Positions 20,901 through 29,219 of a DNA stretch of 64,000 nt are shown here, piece by piece. The stretch spans positions 384,001 through 448,000 of the forward strand of contig CAXXUO010000001.1 in NCBI GenBank assembly GCA_963666485.2. Reading direction: 5' to 3'. The stretch is from Syntrophorhabdaceae bacterium (GTDB lineage Bacteria > Desulfobacterota > Syntrophorhabdia > Syntrophorhabdales > Syntrophorhabdaceae). Every line of letters begins with the position of its first letter. Position 1 is the stretch's first letter. Both the position numbers and the translations under genes were made by a program. The notes under the pieces are model-generated. The model was not told the origin of the DNA. It saw nothing but the letters and a program-made list of their open reading frames with translations, and did not search any database.

Positions 20901-21274
20901 TATTCAAGGGCGGAAAGGGCTACCTGGCGCTCAATCACGAGCAGGCGGGGGTCGATCTTTTCGTCCAGCCTCCCGGCAAGAAAGTGACGCGGATGGAACT
21001 CCTCTCCGGCGGTGAAAAGGCCTTGATATCACTTGCCTTTCTTTTGGCCCTCATGGACACGAAGCCAAGCCCGTTCGCGCTCATGGACGAGATTGACGCA
21101 CCGCTCGACGATGCAAACCTCGCCGGACTGCTCGATATTATTCGTTCCATGGCACTCAAAACACAGATAATTTTCATCACCCACAACCGCATCACGATGG
21201 AGTATTCCGACATGATCTACGGGATCACCATGGAGGAGCAGGGTGTCTCAAAGACAGTGTCCGTGCGGCTCTAG
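17939..21274 (+). CDS. smc: Chromosome segregation protein SMC
   Basis: ATG overlaps gltX stop; FKSF, GPNGCGKSN, coiled coils, LSGGEK, DEIDAPLD. Confidence 0.93.
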   Translation: MKLARLEIFGFKSFLNRTVFQFGEGITSVVGPNGCGKSNIVDAIVWVLGERGTKSLRVKDMGDVIFHGTNGKRPVNIAEVTLDLTEGQTELVVKRRIYRDGTNEYSLNGKIVRLKDVQDAFLGTGLGTNSYAIIEQGRIEALINMRPPERRVVIEEASGITRFEEKKRDAISRMTETAANLERIEDVYREVTSSFGKAEQEWERWKAYQELADRLHEIDKQLLLDGHAKVLKRMAKVRERQADLDEEILQKEAEKATLKEEFDAKESEFALTDKIIRQLEVDLKSKEKDMENRLLEMDYLRDEIKRLDEAVKGLAGEESSIAQDIIRQENEIKALDEKASVIGSELDSEKEKELTMRSVAESFKAGTEEKEKELEDARTRLFVTMSSLTETRNKIAEIDRLAQEKQKRRERQAAERNELETALSSIKEKSAALEGQLRAAIEERESLAARESAALSERDATSQEIEKIKGLIERLRGERQVKENFLRQLGGYIGDSPDAVRPEDKLANLIKIEETKIKAVERFFQEELEYEVIKGDSVESMAREVLNKEGNRIFFPPKGMFKRSGGDIEVDISWTAGVEDALARIASGAEGIFINDDIYVDSRGIILSGTGARKIDVRQFKEKLKLEKELKTLAADIERESNTLKGLRPGLEGAEAKYRAARGEREAQEGRVKAYEKDLLLTEAQLKNASDRLAALDAMSEPADDASPEVVQALENERSGFEAEKIGIESSMAALRDAIAGLKKEHEAAQSAWHAVTIDIERKMNMLKSIGEMRDRAVSAIQSLNGQAAGLKDKAAAAQKEIDNRTNKINYLERSYEELQADLEKHVGRFEELKVMLGNLHEQKQVMQEAVEALAKDADRVRARRENTEKDLAVLEEKRLTITERLRDTYGVENATEMSVQLPSDIEDERESLTQRINEMGEINFRAEKEYLELKERITFLDKQKEDLLTAMESLKKTITKIDQFTKELFSETFEKVNNAFIRFTDLLFKGGKGYLALNHEQAGVDLFVQPPGKKVTRMELLSGGEKALISLAFLLALMDTKPSPFALMDEIDAPLDDANLAGLLDIIRSMALKTQIIFITHNRITMEYSDMIYGITMEEQGVSKTVSVRL

Positions 21275-21398
21275 AGCGGACGTGATTGTACACAGTATAC
21301 AAATTCTTTTTGGCACAATGTTCCCTCATGTCGTTGAAATACTGTATAGTTCCTTTACTGGAGTCATTCTGCGAAGATTCTGACACCCGATTTTTTTC

Positions 21399-21426
21399 TT
21401 GACATTTTTGTCGGGTACTCTATGAT
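21399..21426 (+). promoter_or_regulatory. sigma70-type promoter for symporter operon
   Basis: TTGACA-16-TATGAT. Confidence 0.55.
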
Positions 21427-21610
21427 TTATAGGTATAAAGGGGAAGGGGGCGTTTGGGAAATCAGGTTCATCACTATATCTATACCGTTGATTCATTGAC
21501 GGTTTCGATTTTTAACCAGTCTTCCTTTAATAAAAATACGTTTGAAAGGAGGTGTAGATCGCCTTTCTAAAAAGGCACACTCGTTTTTTAAAAACGTAAA
21601 GGGGGTTATT

Positions 21611-21742
21611 ATGCAGCCTGTTGATCCGGAATTGGTTGAAAGCTTGATGACATCGTGGTACGTATGGGGGTCAGTCTTCGCCTTCGCCTTCGTATTTACT
21701 ATTGTAGGCACCTACCTTGTCACAAGGAGGTGGGAAGAATGA
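21611..21742 (+). CDS. Small single-TM protein preceding Na+/solute symporter (43 aa)
   Basis: SD AAGGGGG; one hydrophobic helix; ATGA overlap with symporter start. Confidence 0.75.
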   Translation: MQPVDPELVESLMTSWYVWGSVFAFAFVFTIVGTYLVTRRWEE

Positions 21743-23343
21743 ATCCACAACCTGCATTTAAGTTTCTAACAATACCTACACCAGACACACAGATGATCGT
21801 TGCCGGCAGTATTGCCGTCGGACTCCTTCTCGCCATCTCCGTCTTCCTCGGCGTCATGGGAAGGATCAAGATGAAGAAAGGCAGCTTCGACGAGTACCTC
21901 GTCGGAAAGCGCGACCTTGGACCCGTCGTCACCGGCGCCGCCCTGTCGGCGACGTATATCTCCGGGTGGGCCTTCTGCGGCTCGACCGGTATCGTTTACT
22001 CGGTCGGCTTCTCCGGCATGTGGTTTGCCGGTATCTGGAGCCTTATCGGCATCATCCCGTGTATCTGGCTGGGCGCCTTGAAAACACGGGACTTCTCCAA
22101 AAAACTCGGCGCGGCGACACTGCCTGAGACAATCGGCAGAAGGTTCGAATCGAAGGGACTGCAGACGATCATCGCGATATCGATGCTCTTCTTCCTGTTC
22201 CTCTACTCAGTCGGCCAGCTGAAAGCGGGCGCCACCGTCTGGTTTGTCATGACGGGCCTCTCGCCTCTGTGGTGCCTCCTGCTCTCGGTCTTTATCGCCT
22301 GGCTCTACATGGTCCTCGGCGGCTACATCGGGAACCAGTACGCCATGGCACTCCAGGGTCTCGTCTTCTGCGTCGTCGGTACGCTTCTTGGTGTCTGGGC
22401 CCTTGCGCATGCAGGCGGCTTCAGGGAAGTAACGGCGGGACTTGCCGCACAGAACCCGAACCTGATGGCACTCATCAACCCGAAACTCCCGAAGGTCGGC
22501 GCACCGCAGCTCTTCTCGACCTGGACTGGTATTCTCGCAACACCGGTCATCTTCTTCACGATGGCCGTTGGCTTCCCGCATAATGTCAGCCGGTTCCTCG
22601 GTATGAAGAAGGTCACGAAGAAAGACTACTGGTGGCTGGTTTTCATCGTGTGGCTCTTCACCGGTATCCCTATCATGCTCGACTGCTCGTCGAACGGCCT
22701 CGTAGCGCGTATGCTCTACGGCCCGGGACTTCTCCAGGCTACGACGGTCCATGGACAGCCTAACGTCTTCAAAGCTGACATGGCTGCGCCTCTTCTCGCC
22801 CATGCCCTCGGCGGCCCATGGCTCCTCGCCGCATACACGGCAGGCCTTTTCTCGGCCGCACTTTCAACACTGGCAGGCATGGTCTTTATCATGAGCGCGA
22901 ACGTCACCAAAGACATCATAAAACTCTGGTGGCCGCAAACATCCGACAAGAGCATGCTGTACCTCGGGTACTTCCTCATCGCTCTTTTCCTCTTCCTCCC
23001 GTTCTACTTCGTCCTTGTCAACCCGCCGCCGCTGCTCTCCATCTTTATGGGTATGGCGGCTATGGGCCTCGGCGCAGTCTTCTTCTTCGTTACCGCCATT
23101 TCCTACTTCTGGAAAGGCGCAACGAAATGGGGCGCCGGCGCATGCGTTATCTGGGGAACCTGTGCGACCCTTTACGGAAGCTGGGCCGTTCTTTCACGGA
23201 AACCGCCTATGTACGGTATGGGCAGTTACGAGTGGTTCCTGGTCATCAGCTGCGGCCTGATCTACTTTATCGTCAGCGCCATCACCAAGAGACCGTCTGA
23301 TCAGCTTCTCGATCTCCTCTGGTCAAAACAGGCGGAAGATTAA
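21739..23343 (+). CDS. Sodium:solute symporter (SSS) family protein
   Basis: SD AAGGAGG; EYLVGKR, ATYISGWAF, FSAALSTL, about 13 TM. Confidence 0.92.
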   Translation: MNPQPAFKFLTIPTPDTQMIVAGSIAVGLLLAISVFLGVMGRIKMKKGSFDEYLVGKRDLGPVVTGAALSATYISGWAFCGSTGIVYSVGFSGMWFAGIWSLIGIIPCIWLGALKTRDFSKKLGAATLPETIGRRFESKGLQTIIAISMLFFLFLYSVGQLKAGATVWFVMTGLSPLWCLLLSVFIAWLYMVLGGYIGNQYAMALQGLVFCVVGTLLGVWALAHAGGFREVTAGLAAQNPNLMALINPKLPKVGAPQLFSTWTGILATPVIFFTMAVGFPHNVSRFLGMKKVTKKDYWWLVFIVWLFTGIPIMLDCSSNGLVARMLYGPGLLQATTVHGQPNVFKADMAAPLLAHALGGPWLLAAYTAGLFSAALSTLAGMVFIMSANVTKDIIKLWWPQTSDKSMLYLGYFLIALFLFLPFYFVLVNPPPLLSIFMGMAAMGLGAVFFFVTAISYFWKGATKWGAGACVIWGTCATLYGSWAVLSRKPPMYGMGSYEWFLVISCGLIYFIVSAITKRPSDQLLDLLWSKQAED

Positions 23344-23357
23344 GAGTCAACAAAGTC

Positions 23358-23389
23358 AAAAAAAGGGGACCTTCGGGTCCCCTTTTTTT
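23358..23389. terminator. Bidirectional Rho-independent terminator
   Basis: A7-GGGGACC-TTCG-GGTCCCC-T7. Confidence 0.93.
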
Positions 23390-23390
23390 G

Positions 23391-23586
23391 GTTCAAAGTT
23401 CAACGTTCAAAGTTCAACGTTCAAAGTTCAACGTTCAAAGTTCAACGTTCAAAGTTCAACGTTCAAAGTTCAACGTTCAAAGTTCAACGTTCAAAGTTCA
23501 ACGTTCAAAGTTCAACGTTCAAAGTTCAACGTTCAAAGTTCAACGTTCAAAGTTCAACGTTCAAAGTTCAACGTTCAAAGTTCAAC
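23391..23586 (+). repeat. Perfect tandem repeat (GTTCAAAGTTCAAC)x14 (28 heptamers)
   Basis: 196 bp counted directly. Confidence 0.97.
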
Positions 23587-23690
23587 GTTTCTTAACTTCT
23601 TGACGGATCAGCTGGATAAAATGCCTAAACATGAACACGGGGACCTCCCTCGACCCACCAATCCGTTCGGACCGATCCCCCCCTTCCGCC

Positions 23691-23842
23691 GTCATCCCGG
23701 CGAAGGCCGGGATCCAGTGTCTTTGTTTCTACTTTTATTCAACAATATTCGTCGTTTCATCTACCTGCCTTAGATGATACACTGCCTTTACCAATTGCAA
23801 GAACGGCAAAAGGGCCTGGACCCCGGCCTTCGCCGGGGTGAC
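23691..23842. repeat. Inverted pair of REP/dRS3-like palindromes (23691-23717, 23816-23842)
   Basis: GTCATCCCGGCGAAGGCCGGGATCCAG / CTGGACCCCGGCCTTCGCCGGGGTGAC. Confidence 0.9.
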
Positions 23843-24166
23843 GTTGAGGCCTGCTGCGGCGCAAGAAGCCGTCGGAATGATAAACACCGGCAGGCTATGA
23901 TAGAGCCTCTTCGCCGGAGCGGCGGGGATCAGTCAGGGTTCAAGTCTCCATCTAACGGAATGACTGAAGTGGGGGATGATTTCGCTTCGAATGGCAACCG
24001 GCGCCGGGATGGCGGTGAGGGCATGTCAAGTCGGCGTTTCAATGTGGCAACAGTCGATGTTATTGATGGATTGTGGCGCTCCCTCTGCCGGGATGACTGG
24101 GTGGGCGTCTACAGGGTCCCTGGCCATAGATGTACGAATTAAGGGCCCCGGTTTATGGGGTCGGAA

Positions 24167-24712
24167 TTATTTCTTTTCTGCCGGCTCGACACAGACCATC
24201 TTGTGGAGTTCCATGTACACCGATTCCGGGGGTATGTGGGACCAGTTCTTATAGGAGCCGCTCTTCGCGTAGTCGAGGGTCTTCCCGTCCTTTGTCAATT
24301 CGAAAACTTCAAGAACGACAAGTTCGGGTTTTTTGCTTATGCAGTTGAGACCGTAGAGAACGGTCCGCGCATGAAGCGATTCAAAGCCTTCAACAGACAT
24401 GCGGGATGTCTGCCTGTTCGCTATATATCTTTTCTTCCCTTCGTCGCTGTATATGAGCTTCGTCTTAACGCTGAGCACGTCCGGAAACGCCTTGCTCGAT
24501 TCGTCAAAACGGTAAAAATAATCGCCGTCCCGGTCAATCCCGAATTTTTTCCAGTCGGAGCTTTTCACGTCCTCAATCCCTTTGGCTACAGGCACCGGCC
24601 GCTTCTCGGCCTCGCCCTTGAGCCACATGATGAACGTGATGCAGACAACTATAAACCCGGCCGAAAAAAGGATCGCTTTCAGGTGATGCCGTGTTTTGAC
24701 CTGTTCTGTCAT
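24167..24712 (-). CDS. Membrane-anchored exported protein (surface-adhesin E-like domain)
   Basis: SD AGGGG before MTEQVK; one TM; WKKFG..DYFY, LNC..K, WSHIPPES...LHKMVC. Confidence 0.6.
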   Translation of the reverse strand: MTEQVKTRHHLKAILFSAGFIVVCITFIMWLKGEAEKRPVPVAKGIEDVKSSDWKKFGIDRDGDYFYRFDESSKAFPDVLSVKTKLIYSDEGKKRYIANRQTSRMSVEGFESLHARTVLYGLNCISKKPELVVLEVFELTKDGKTLDYAKSGSYKNWSHIPPESVYMELHKMVCVEPAEKK

Positions 24713-24773
24713 AGTCTTATATCCCCTTATGCGTTGAATGCTCCGCGACGCTGGAAGCATACCATTTCAAAAG

Positions 24774-24809
24774 AAAAAAGCCAAGACCGGTTTCGGCCGG
24801 TCCTGGCTT
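24774..24809 (-). terminator. Rho-independent terminator
   Basis: GCCA.GACCGG/CCGGTC.TGGC stem with A6 on + strand. Confidence 0.65.
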
Positions 24810-24832
24810 AAAGCATTTCTTAACGATATTTC

Positions 24833-25399
24833 TTAGTGGAGAACGTCAGGCACTTCTGTTGTATCGAGCGTCAGGCCCTTCGGCAGCTCGAACAGGCTGT
24901 CGGCCACGTTGCCCTTCTTGATATTCTTGTATTCGACACTCCATTTTTCGCCGGCAACTTTGACGGGGAAGCTATACTCTGTCGACCACCATTGGGTTAT
25001 CGTCTCGGTCTTTCCCTTCGCACCTTTCACCGTTACCTGGGATTTCTTTGCGGAATATCCGTTGATCGTCTCTGTTCCGAGGGGCTTCCGTGCCGTTTCG
25101 CCGATCAGTTTTTCCTCGACATTCGGCTTCATGTCGGGGGTCAGAGCTGCTTCGATATACGTCTTCTCGGCATTGTTTATCTGCCAGAATTTTGCTTTAT
25201 CTCCCCGTACGATCGTATACAGAGGGGAACTCCCTTTTTCAACCCGGTACTTATTGCCCTTTACGTAGATCTTTCCATTACGGGTGACCTTGCCTTCCTT
25301 CGAGACCATATCAGCCGCAATCTCCACTGCGTAGGCGCCGGCTACGACTGTGAGCAGGAAAAACAGGGCGCTCGCAAGAACCATCATACTTCTCTTCAT
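24833..25399 (-). CDS. Secreted DUF4412/LolA-like fold protein
   Basis: Signal peptide; GKIYVKG..YRVE, LGTETINGY, FPVK, SLFELPKG; SD GGGAGGG. Confidence 0.75.
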   Translation of the reverse strand: MKRSMMVLASALFFLLTVVAGAYAVEIAADMVSKEGKVTRNGKIYVKGNKYRVEKGSSPLYTIVRGDKAKFWQINNAEKTYIEAALTPDMKPNVEEKLIGETARKPLGTETINGYSAKKSQVTVKGAKGKTETITQWWSTEYSFPVKVAGEKWSVEYKNIKKGNVADSLFELPKGLTLDTTEVPDVLH

Positions 25400-25771
25400 G
25401 ACAACCCTCCCTAGAATTGTTTTGATGAATCATCACGTTATACCACCAGATGCACGAACAATCAATAAATTTGATTCGTTATGATATCGGGCAGATAGGA
25501 TAATCTATGGTATCTAAAAGGAAAACCGGATGTGAAAAAATTAATTTACTGTTTGTTCTTCCGCTTTGTATATATCCGGTATATCACGAGCGCTATACCC
25601 ATCGAAAGCCACACGATCAGCACCACAAGGTCCACCAGTAACCTCCCCTGTTTCTTAATAGGTGTTGAATATCACCCCTGCACTTTATATGCAACGAAAA
25701 AATACGGGTATGGCACCTGTCCCATTTGGGGCTTGCTTTAAAAGCGATGGCCGTGCTAATGAAATAGGATA

Positions 25772-25954
25772 ATGCTCGGTTTTTCTGATCCGTGGGTCCT
25801 TGCCGGTTTCGTCATAACGATCCTGTCGGCTGTCTTTTGCGTCATTTACGGGATCGTCAACTGGAACCGGGGAGGAATAGAGAAAGAAGGCGATTTCCGG
25901 GAAGAGATCCAGTGGGAGCGCGAAGAGATCGAACTTATTGAGAAACTCCCCTAA
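25772..25954 (+). CDS. Symporter small accessory protein
   Basis: MLGFSDPWV..ILSAVFCVIYGIVNWN, directly upstream of SSS gene. Confidence 0.85.
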   Translation: MLGFSDPWVLAGFVITILSAVFCVIYGIVNWNRGGIEKEGDFREEIQWEREEIELIEKLP

Positions 25955-25957
25955 TTT

Positions 25958-27538
25958 ATGTTCTACCTCATAACTTTCACCCTCATATACCTCGCGATCA
26001 CGATATATTTCAGCTATCTCGGGTACCGCAGGACGGTCACCGTCTCCGACTACCTGCTCGCGGGGCGGCAGGTCCATCCCCTGACAATGGGCCTCTCCTA
26101 CGGGGCGACGTACATAAGCACATCGGCGATCATCGGCTTCGGCGGCGTGAGCGCCGTTTACGGCTTCAGCATGTCCTGGCTTTCATTCTTGAACATTATG
26201 GTCGGCGTCTGGATCGCCTTCGTCATATTCGGCAAAAGAACCCGGAAAATGGGCAAGGCGCTCGATGCGCACACCTTTCCCGAACTGCTCGGCAGGCGGT
26301 ACCATTCCCGGTTCATTCAGGGCTTCTCGGGGTTCATGATCCTCGTTTTCATGCCTGTTTACACCGCTGCGGTCCTCGTCGGCATCTCCCGGTTCATCGA
26401 GGTGTACCTCAATATCCCGTTTTCCACCGCGTACCTCGCGTTTCTGCTGATAACCGCCTGCTTCGTCATATGGGGGGGTTTGAAAGGCGTCCTTTACACG
26501 AGCGCCTTCCAGGGTGTCATCATGGTCGTCTCGATGCTGGCGATCGGTATTACGGCCTACTGGGTGCTCGGCGGCATCTCCGCGGCCCATAAGGCCCTCG
26601 CTACACTCACCCCGTTCGTTCCCCAGGCAATGAAGCAAGCGGGCCACACGGGTTTCACGTCGATGCCCGCGGCTTTCTCATCGGTATGGTGGTACGTCAT
26701 AACGACCATGATCATGGGTGTCGGGATCGGCGTCATCGGCCAGCCCCAGCTCAATGTCCGGTTCATGACCCTCAAATCGGACCGCGAGTTGAACCGGTCG
26801 ATACCCTTCACCGCGATATTCATTCTCTTCACCACAGGCGTCGCCTACGCGGTCGGGGCCCTCACAAACGTATATTTCCATAATATGTATACAGAAATGC
26901 CTGTACAGGCTGTTCAGGGCAACCTGGACAAGATCATCCCGCTCTACATAGACCGGTTCTATCCCCCCTGGTTCGTTGCCCTTTTTCTCGTCGCCCTCAT
27001 GTCGGCCGCGATGAGCGCGGGCTCGAGCCAGTTCCACGCGCTCGGCACGTCCCTGTCGCGGGACATATTCGAACAGGCCCTCCTGAAAGGCCGGTCCGTG
27101 GCGGAGACGACGATCGTCACCCGCATCGGCATCGTCTTCAGCATCTTCGCCACGCTCATCATAGGCCTCATCCTCCCCGAGAGCATCGTGGCCGTTGCCA
27201 CCGCATTCTTTTTCGGCCTGTGCGGTGCGACCTTCATCCCGGCATACCTCTTCGGCCTGTACTGGAAGCGCGGGTCGAAAACAGGGGCCAAAGCGAGCAT
27301 CCTCTCCGGGTTTTTCGCATCCCTTATCTGGATGCTCCTTTTCCATGAGCAGGAATCCGCGGCATTCGGCCTGTGCGCGAAGCTGTTCAATGTGAAATGC
27401 CTTGCAGGCCACCCGTGGAACATGATCGACCCTCAAGTCATAGCCCTGCCGATATCGTTTATCGTTTTTGTCGTCGTCTCCCTGGTCACCCAGCCGGTGA
27501 GGGAGGAGACGGTGAAGAAGGCGTTTGTGCACATATAA
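25958..27538 (+). CDS. Sodium:solute symporter (PanF/PutP-like)
   Basis: DYLLAGR, SYGATYISTSAIIGFGG, GQPQLNVRFM, SAAMS. Confidence 0.93.
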   Translation: MFYLITFTLIYLAITIYFSYLGYRRTVTVSDYLLAGRQVHPLTMGLSYGATYISTSAIIGFGGVSAVYGFSMSWLSFLNIMVGVWIAFVIFGKRTRKMGKALDAHTFPELLGRRYHSRFIQGFSGFMILVFMPVYTAAVLVGISRFIEVYLNIPFSTAYLAFLLITACFVIWGGLKGVLYTSAFQGVIMVVSMLAIGITAYWVLGGISAAHKALATLTPFVPQAMKQAGHTGFTSMPAAFSSVWWYVITTMIMGVGIGVIGQPQLNVRFMTLKSDRELNRSIPFTAIFILFTTGVAYAVGALTNVYFHNMYTEMPVQAVQGNLDKIIPLYIDRFYPPWFVALFLVALMSAAMSAGSSQFHALGTSLSRDIFEQALLKGRSVAETTIVTRIGIVFSIFATLIIGLILPESIVAVATAFFFGLCGATFIPAYLFGLYWKRGSKTGAKASILSGFFASLIWMLLFHEQESAAFGLCAKLFNVKCLAGHPWNMIDPQVIALPISFIVFVVVSLVTQPVREETVKKAFVHI

Positions 27539-27546
27539 AAACTGCG

Positions 27547-27641
27547 GTTCCGGGTTCAAAGTTCAAGGTTCAAGGCAAAGACGAAGACATAAAAGCGGAG
27601 GAATCTTCTGTCATTGAACTTTGAACCTTGAACTTTGAACC
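27547..27641. repeat. Inverted pair of heptamer arrays (GTTCAAR)n / (TTGAACY)x4
   Basis: 27547-27574 and 27614-27641. Confidence 0.85.
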
Positions 27642-27664
27642 AAAATCTTTTAACCGGAGGTATT

Positions 27665-27919
27665 ATGAAACACTATTTCCTTGGAATCGCCCTCACGAAC
27701 AGGGTCAAGAATGCACTCGAGCTCCAGAAGGTGCTCAGCGACTGCGCGTGCTACATCAAGACGCGGCTCGGGCTGCACGAGGTGAGCGAGAACCTGTGTG
27801 CGCCGAGCGGGATCGTCATCCTCGAGATATACGGGGGGAAGCCTGCCGTCGACGAGATGGAGGCGAAACTGAAAAAGATCGCGGGGCTCCAGGTCAAAAA
27901 AATGGTTTTCGATATGTAG
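27665..27919 (+). CDS. Small ACT-like protein (TM1266 / iron-only hydrogenase regulator-like)
   Basis: SD GGAGG; LQKVLS..CYIKTRLGLHE..GIVILE. Confidence 0.75.
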   Translation: MKHYFLGIALTNRVKNALELQKVLSDCACYIKTRLGLHEVSENLCAPSGIVILEIYGGKPAVDEMEAKLKKIAGLQVKKMVFDM

Positions 27920-27939
27920 CCGGGACCAGAGAGTGCGAG

Positions 27940-28656
27940 ATGACCGTAACCGTTGCGCGGCTATTGCCGGTTGTAATTCTATGCCTCTGCCTTCCGGCCT
28001 TTATTGCCGGGGCCGCCGAAAAGGACTCGAACGTGCCTGACGAAGGTATCGCGCGCACATTGAGGGTCCTCGAAGGGGTATACCCTGCCTCGCCCCAGGT
28101 CGTCATCGTGACCCGGGCCGAGGCGCCCGGTCCCGATGCGCAGCTTTACGCATACGAGATGAATGACGAGGATGAATGGAAGCACGTCCTCGGCCCCGTG
28201 CCCGCCATGATCGGGCGGAACGGTTTCGCGCCGCCGGGGGAAAAGCGCGAAGGAGACGGAAGGACGCCGGCGGGGACCTATTACCTCGGTTTTGCCTTCG
28301 GCTACCTGCCGAAGGTCGATTCGGCCATGCCCTACCGCCGGATGACCAAGAATGACATCTGGGTGGACGACCCCGCTTCCCCCGACTATAACCGGCCGAA
28401 GAAACGGGGGGAGACGCAGGCCAAATCCTTTGAAGACATGGTCCTGCCCGATGACCGTTACAAGTACGGCATCGTCATCAGGTACAATATGGACCCCGTC
28501 GTCCCCGGACACGGCAGCGCCATCTTCCTTCACGTCTGGAAAGACCCCAAAACCCCCACCTCCGGCTGTGTCGCCGTGTCGGAAGAGAATATGCTGAAAT
28601 TGCTCAAATGGCTCGATCCGGGGAAAAGACCGGTAATCATGCTGGAAAAACCGTAA
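27940..28656 (+). CDS. L,D-transpeptidase family protein
   Basis: Signal peptide; KREGDGRTPAG, WVDDP..YN, GSAIFLH..PTSGCVA. Confidence 0.88.
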   Translation: MTVTVARLLPVVILCLCLPAFIAGAAEKDSNVPDEGIARTLRVLEGVYPASPQVVIVTRAEAPGPDAQLYAYEMNDEDEWKHVLGPVPAMIGRNGFAPPGEKREGDGRTPAGTYYLGFAFGYLPKVDSAMPYRRMTKNDIWVDDPASPDYNRPKKRGETQAKSFEDMVLPDDRYKYGIVIRYNMDPVVPGHGSAIFLHVWKDPKTPTSGCVAVSEENMLKLLKWLDPGKRPVIMLEKP

Positions 28657-28675
28657 GGCGCACTACGTAAAAAGT

Positions 28676-29004
28676 AAAACCTTGGGTCCCGGGTCAAGCC
28701 CGGGATGACGGTGTTTTTAGATTTTGGCGCAGATATGGGGGATTGTTTCTTGCGTTGAACGGTTGAACGGTTGAACCTTGAACCTTGAACCGTTTTTTAT
28801 CCGTCATCCCGGGCTTGACCCGGGACCCAAGGTTTTGATCCATTGGCAATCTTCTATATCGTCATTCATTTGCCCCCTTCATTCCCGCATTCCCACTGCC
28901 CGTCATTCCCGCGAAGCGGGAATCCAGTGTCTTTGTATTTTCAATTCGTTGTAGAGAATCTTCTTAAAGACGCTGGATTCCGCCGCAAAAGCCGGCGGAA
29001 TGAC
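28676..29004. repeat. Composite REP cluster: 36-bp perfect inverted repeat (28676-28711/28801-28836) around a TTGAAC array (28754-28791), plus REP pair 28902-28927/28973-29004
   Basis: Direct reading of sequence. Confidence 0.9.
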
Positions 29005-29023
29005 GGATTAGATACTGTTTTTC

Positions 29024-29174
29024 GTTGAACGGTTGAACGGTTGAACGGTTGAACGGTTGAACGGTTGAACGGTTGAACGGTTGAACGGTTGAACGGTTGA
29101 ACGGTTGAACGGTTGAACGGTTGAACGGTTGAACGGTTGAACGGTTGAACGGTTGAACGGTTGAACGGTTGAAC
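29024..29174 (-). repeat. Perfect tandem octamer (GTTCAACC on - strand), about 19 copies
   Basis: 151 bp of GTTGAACG on + strand. Confidence 0.97.
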
Positions 29175-29206
29175 AAAAAAGCGCCCCAAAATGGGGCGCT
29201 TTTTTT
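29175..29206. terminator. Bidirectional Rho-independent terminator
   Basis: A6-GCGCCCCA-AAA-TGGGGCGC-T7. Confidence 0.92.
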
Positions 29207-29219
29207 GATAGCGCAGCGT

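Noticed and set aside
21311..21327. sigma54 promoter TGGCAC-AATGT-TCCCT
   Set aside because: The -12 GC dinucleotide is missing.
23388..23603. ORF of repeated VQSSTFKVQRSKFN
   Set aside because: Translation of the tandem repeat; no SD, and it starts inside a terminator.
25705..25730. GGCACCTGTCCC as a REP of another family
   Set aside because: Single short occurrence; insufficient support.
27628..27939. N-terminal extension of the L,D-transpeptidase ORF
   Set aside because: Overlaps the SD-led 27665-27919 gene; the signal peptide begins at 27940.
23391..29174. Tandem arrays or REP doublets as CRISPR
   Set aside because: No constant repeat with unique regular spacers, and no cas genes.
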